This document shows, piece after piece, positions 30,632-32,000 of a stretch of 32,000 nucleotides of DNA. Within the stretch, counting starts at the first letter, position 1; each line of letters starts with the position of its first letter. The notes under the pieces are model-generated. The model was given only the letters and a program-made list of their open reading frames with translations. It was not told the origin of the DNA and searched no databases. A program made the position numbers and the translations under genes. The stretch is from Kiritimatiella glycovorans (lineage in GTDB: Bacteria; Verrucomicrobiota; Kiritimatiellia; Kiritimatiellales; Kiritimatiellaceae), in NCBI RefSeq assembly GCF_001017655.1, contig NZ_CP010904.1:1410001-1442000 (forward strand), in the 5' to 3' direction.

Positions 30632-32000
30632 TTACCGGAACACCACGACTGTTACAGACGGGCATTCCGCGTGGAATGTAACCATGGTGCTGCCGGGATC
30701 GCCGCCGAACCACTGGCGCCAGACAGGGGCCCCCTCCTCCACCACGGCCATGCCGTCGAACGGGACCCGCGTCAGCGAATCCTTCATCATGCCGAGATAG
30801 CGGTCCCAGTTCTTTCGGACAAACGTCCGGCCCTCTGCGCGGTCTGCAGCCATCACGGTATAGCCGCCTTCCGAGACCACGGTCGCCGGTTCTCCGCGGT
30901 GTTCCCTGTGTTTCTCCGAGAGCAGGCCCGCGGCCTCCAGGTCGCGGCGGATCACGTCATAGACCGAGGTCTCACGGTTGAAGACCAGTTGCTCCGCAGC
31001 CTTCAGCCGCGTCGGGAGAACCTCGCCCGGAAGGTCGACGATCAGTTCGCCGGATTCATGTTTTTCCCGATCGACGTTCCAGTTCGCGACCACGAGAATC
31101 GCTTCGTCGCGTTTTACCGAGAGCATGGCTTTCTGCGTATGGCCGTGATCTTCGGACGCGGTGACCGGAACGGTGTAGAGCGCGCCTCCGCGCATCCGTT
31201 CAAACACGTGATACAGCCAGGCGTGCCCCTGCATCAGGACGTGATCGCCATCGATCCACTCAAAGATGCCCCAGTGCCAGAGGCGATCGCAGCCGACTTC
31301 CTTCATCTCCGCTATGGTATGCAGATTCTGGGCGGCCCCGCGCGCGCCGGTATCGAGTCCGTAGACGCCGCCCTCGGTGTTCAGGTGCGGTCCGTACTCA
31401 TGCACTTCGCGCGAGATACCCTCGTGCTTCGGCGCAATACCTTCGATCGTCTCCCACAACCGCTCGAATTCCGGCACACGCTGATCGGGATGGATGTTGC
31501 CGAATTTGCCGGGCTTGGGATTGCTGGAGAAGTAGTAGAACGACCGCGCGAGGAAGTCGAACGGGGCCCCGATCTCTCCGGTGGCGCGGTTGGTGCCGTT
31601 CGCGCAGTGCTCGGCCAGATCGAAGATGCTGACGTTCCCTTCGACCAGGCCCTCGAAGGTATCGAAGTTCCCGTGCGGCATCGACCGGTTGAACGGCCCG
31701 AACTTCGCCCCGGGCAGGACCTCCTTCACGGCGGCCGCGGCGTGGTCATAGGTCTGCAGGAACTCCTCATACGTCCCGTCGAAGCGCCGCCGATCCTGCA
31801 TCTCGGTTCCCATGCGGAACCGGAGACGGTTCGCGTACGAAGCCCCGTAGAGCCGCTTCAACTCCAGGCACATCTCGCGGATAAAGGTCTGCCATTCATT
31901 GAAATCGGACGGCGGAGCGGCCTGTCCGTACGTCCCCTTGCGAGGTTCGTCGGGCAGGCAGTAGGGGACGTTGTCGAGCACGAGTGTGAGGTCATATCCG
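30632..32000 (-). CDS. Putative glycoside hydrolase, same unclassified family (paralogue C); N-terminus beyond the window end
   Basis: The track ORF starts at an internal GTG (31981), but the frame stays open to 32000 (..GYDLTLVLDNVPYC, matching GYRDIIISLDNVPY in B). Motifs: PPSDFNEWQTF, LRFRMGTEMQD (Glu 31804-31802), REVHEYG (Glu 31399-31397) and DSLTRVPFDG. It sits 59 nt upstream of paralogue B. Confidence 0.7.
   Translation of the reverse strand, partial: GYDLTLVLDNVPYCLPDEPRKGTYGQAAPPSDFNEWQTFIREMCLELKRLYGASYANRLRFRMGTEMQDRRRFDGTYEEFLQTYDHAAAAVKEVLPGAKFGPFNRSMPHGNFDTFEGLVEGNVSIFDLAEHCANGTNRATGEIGAPFDFLARSFYYFSSNPKPGKFGNIHPDQRVPEFERLWETIEGIAPKHEGISREVHEYGPHLNTEGGVYGLDTGARGAAQNLHTIAEMKEVGCDRLWHWGIFEWIDGDHVLMQGHAWLYHVFERMRGGALYTVPVTASEDHGHTQKAMLSVKRDEAILVVANWNVDREKHESGELIVDLPGEVLPTRLKAAEQLVFNRETSVYDVIRRDLEAAGLLSEKHREHRGEPATVVSEGGYTVMAADRAEGRTFVRKNWDRYLGMMKDSLTRVPFDGMAVVEEGAPVWRQWFGGDPGSTMVTFHAECPSVTVVVFR

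Noticed and set aside
9531-30713. N-terminal extensions of track ORFs: 9531..11471, 18717..20639, 20829..21467, 23075..24634, 24577..27354, 28722..30713, 6865..8718
   Set aside because: The extensions overlap the upstream gene or an intergenic repeat and look like nonsense. In each case an internal ATG preceded by a Shine-Dalgarno-like GGAG/AGGAGG motif gives a canonical signal peptide or the family-typical N-terminus.

Overview
High-GC bacterial chromosomal segment. The gene content fits the PVC superphylum (Kiritimatiellota, Lentisphaerota, Verrucomicrobiota or Planctomycetota): many Cys-type sulfatases, a PEP-CTERM protein and a DUF1559/H-X9-DG type pseudopilin. This taxonomic call is inference only.

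Almost the whole window is a tightly packed, mostly minus-strand island of carbohydrate-active enzymes and sulfatases:
- four formylglycine-type sulfatases, two of them tandem paralogues
- two GH127-like enzymes flanking an AraC regulator
- a GH9-like enzyme with no signal peptide
- a GH32-like enzyme
- an alpha/beta-hydrolase esterase
- a large six-hairpin glycosidase
- a Gfo/Idh/MocA oxidoreductase
- three paralogues of a TIM-barrel-like putative glycosidase that I cannot place in a named family; this is the best candidate for something undescribed

I recognise no transporter, SusC/SusD pair, sulfatase maturase or exosortase in the 32 kb.

The island is interrupted by a 460-bp internally deleted IS3-type remnant with intact inverted repeats, next to a Phd/YefM-PIN (vapBC-like) toxin-antitoxin pair. 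It also contains two decayed genes: a pseudopilin with one frameshift and one in-frame TGA, and a doubly truncated PEP-CTERM-type remnant. Two families of structured intergenic repeats are present.

I found no rRNA, tRNA or CRISPR. Most long plus-strand ORFs in the supplied track are antisense shadows of minus-strand genes, and several minus-strand ORFs carry spurious N-terminal extensions, which I trimmed. All homology calls come from motif recognition by eye; no searches were run.
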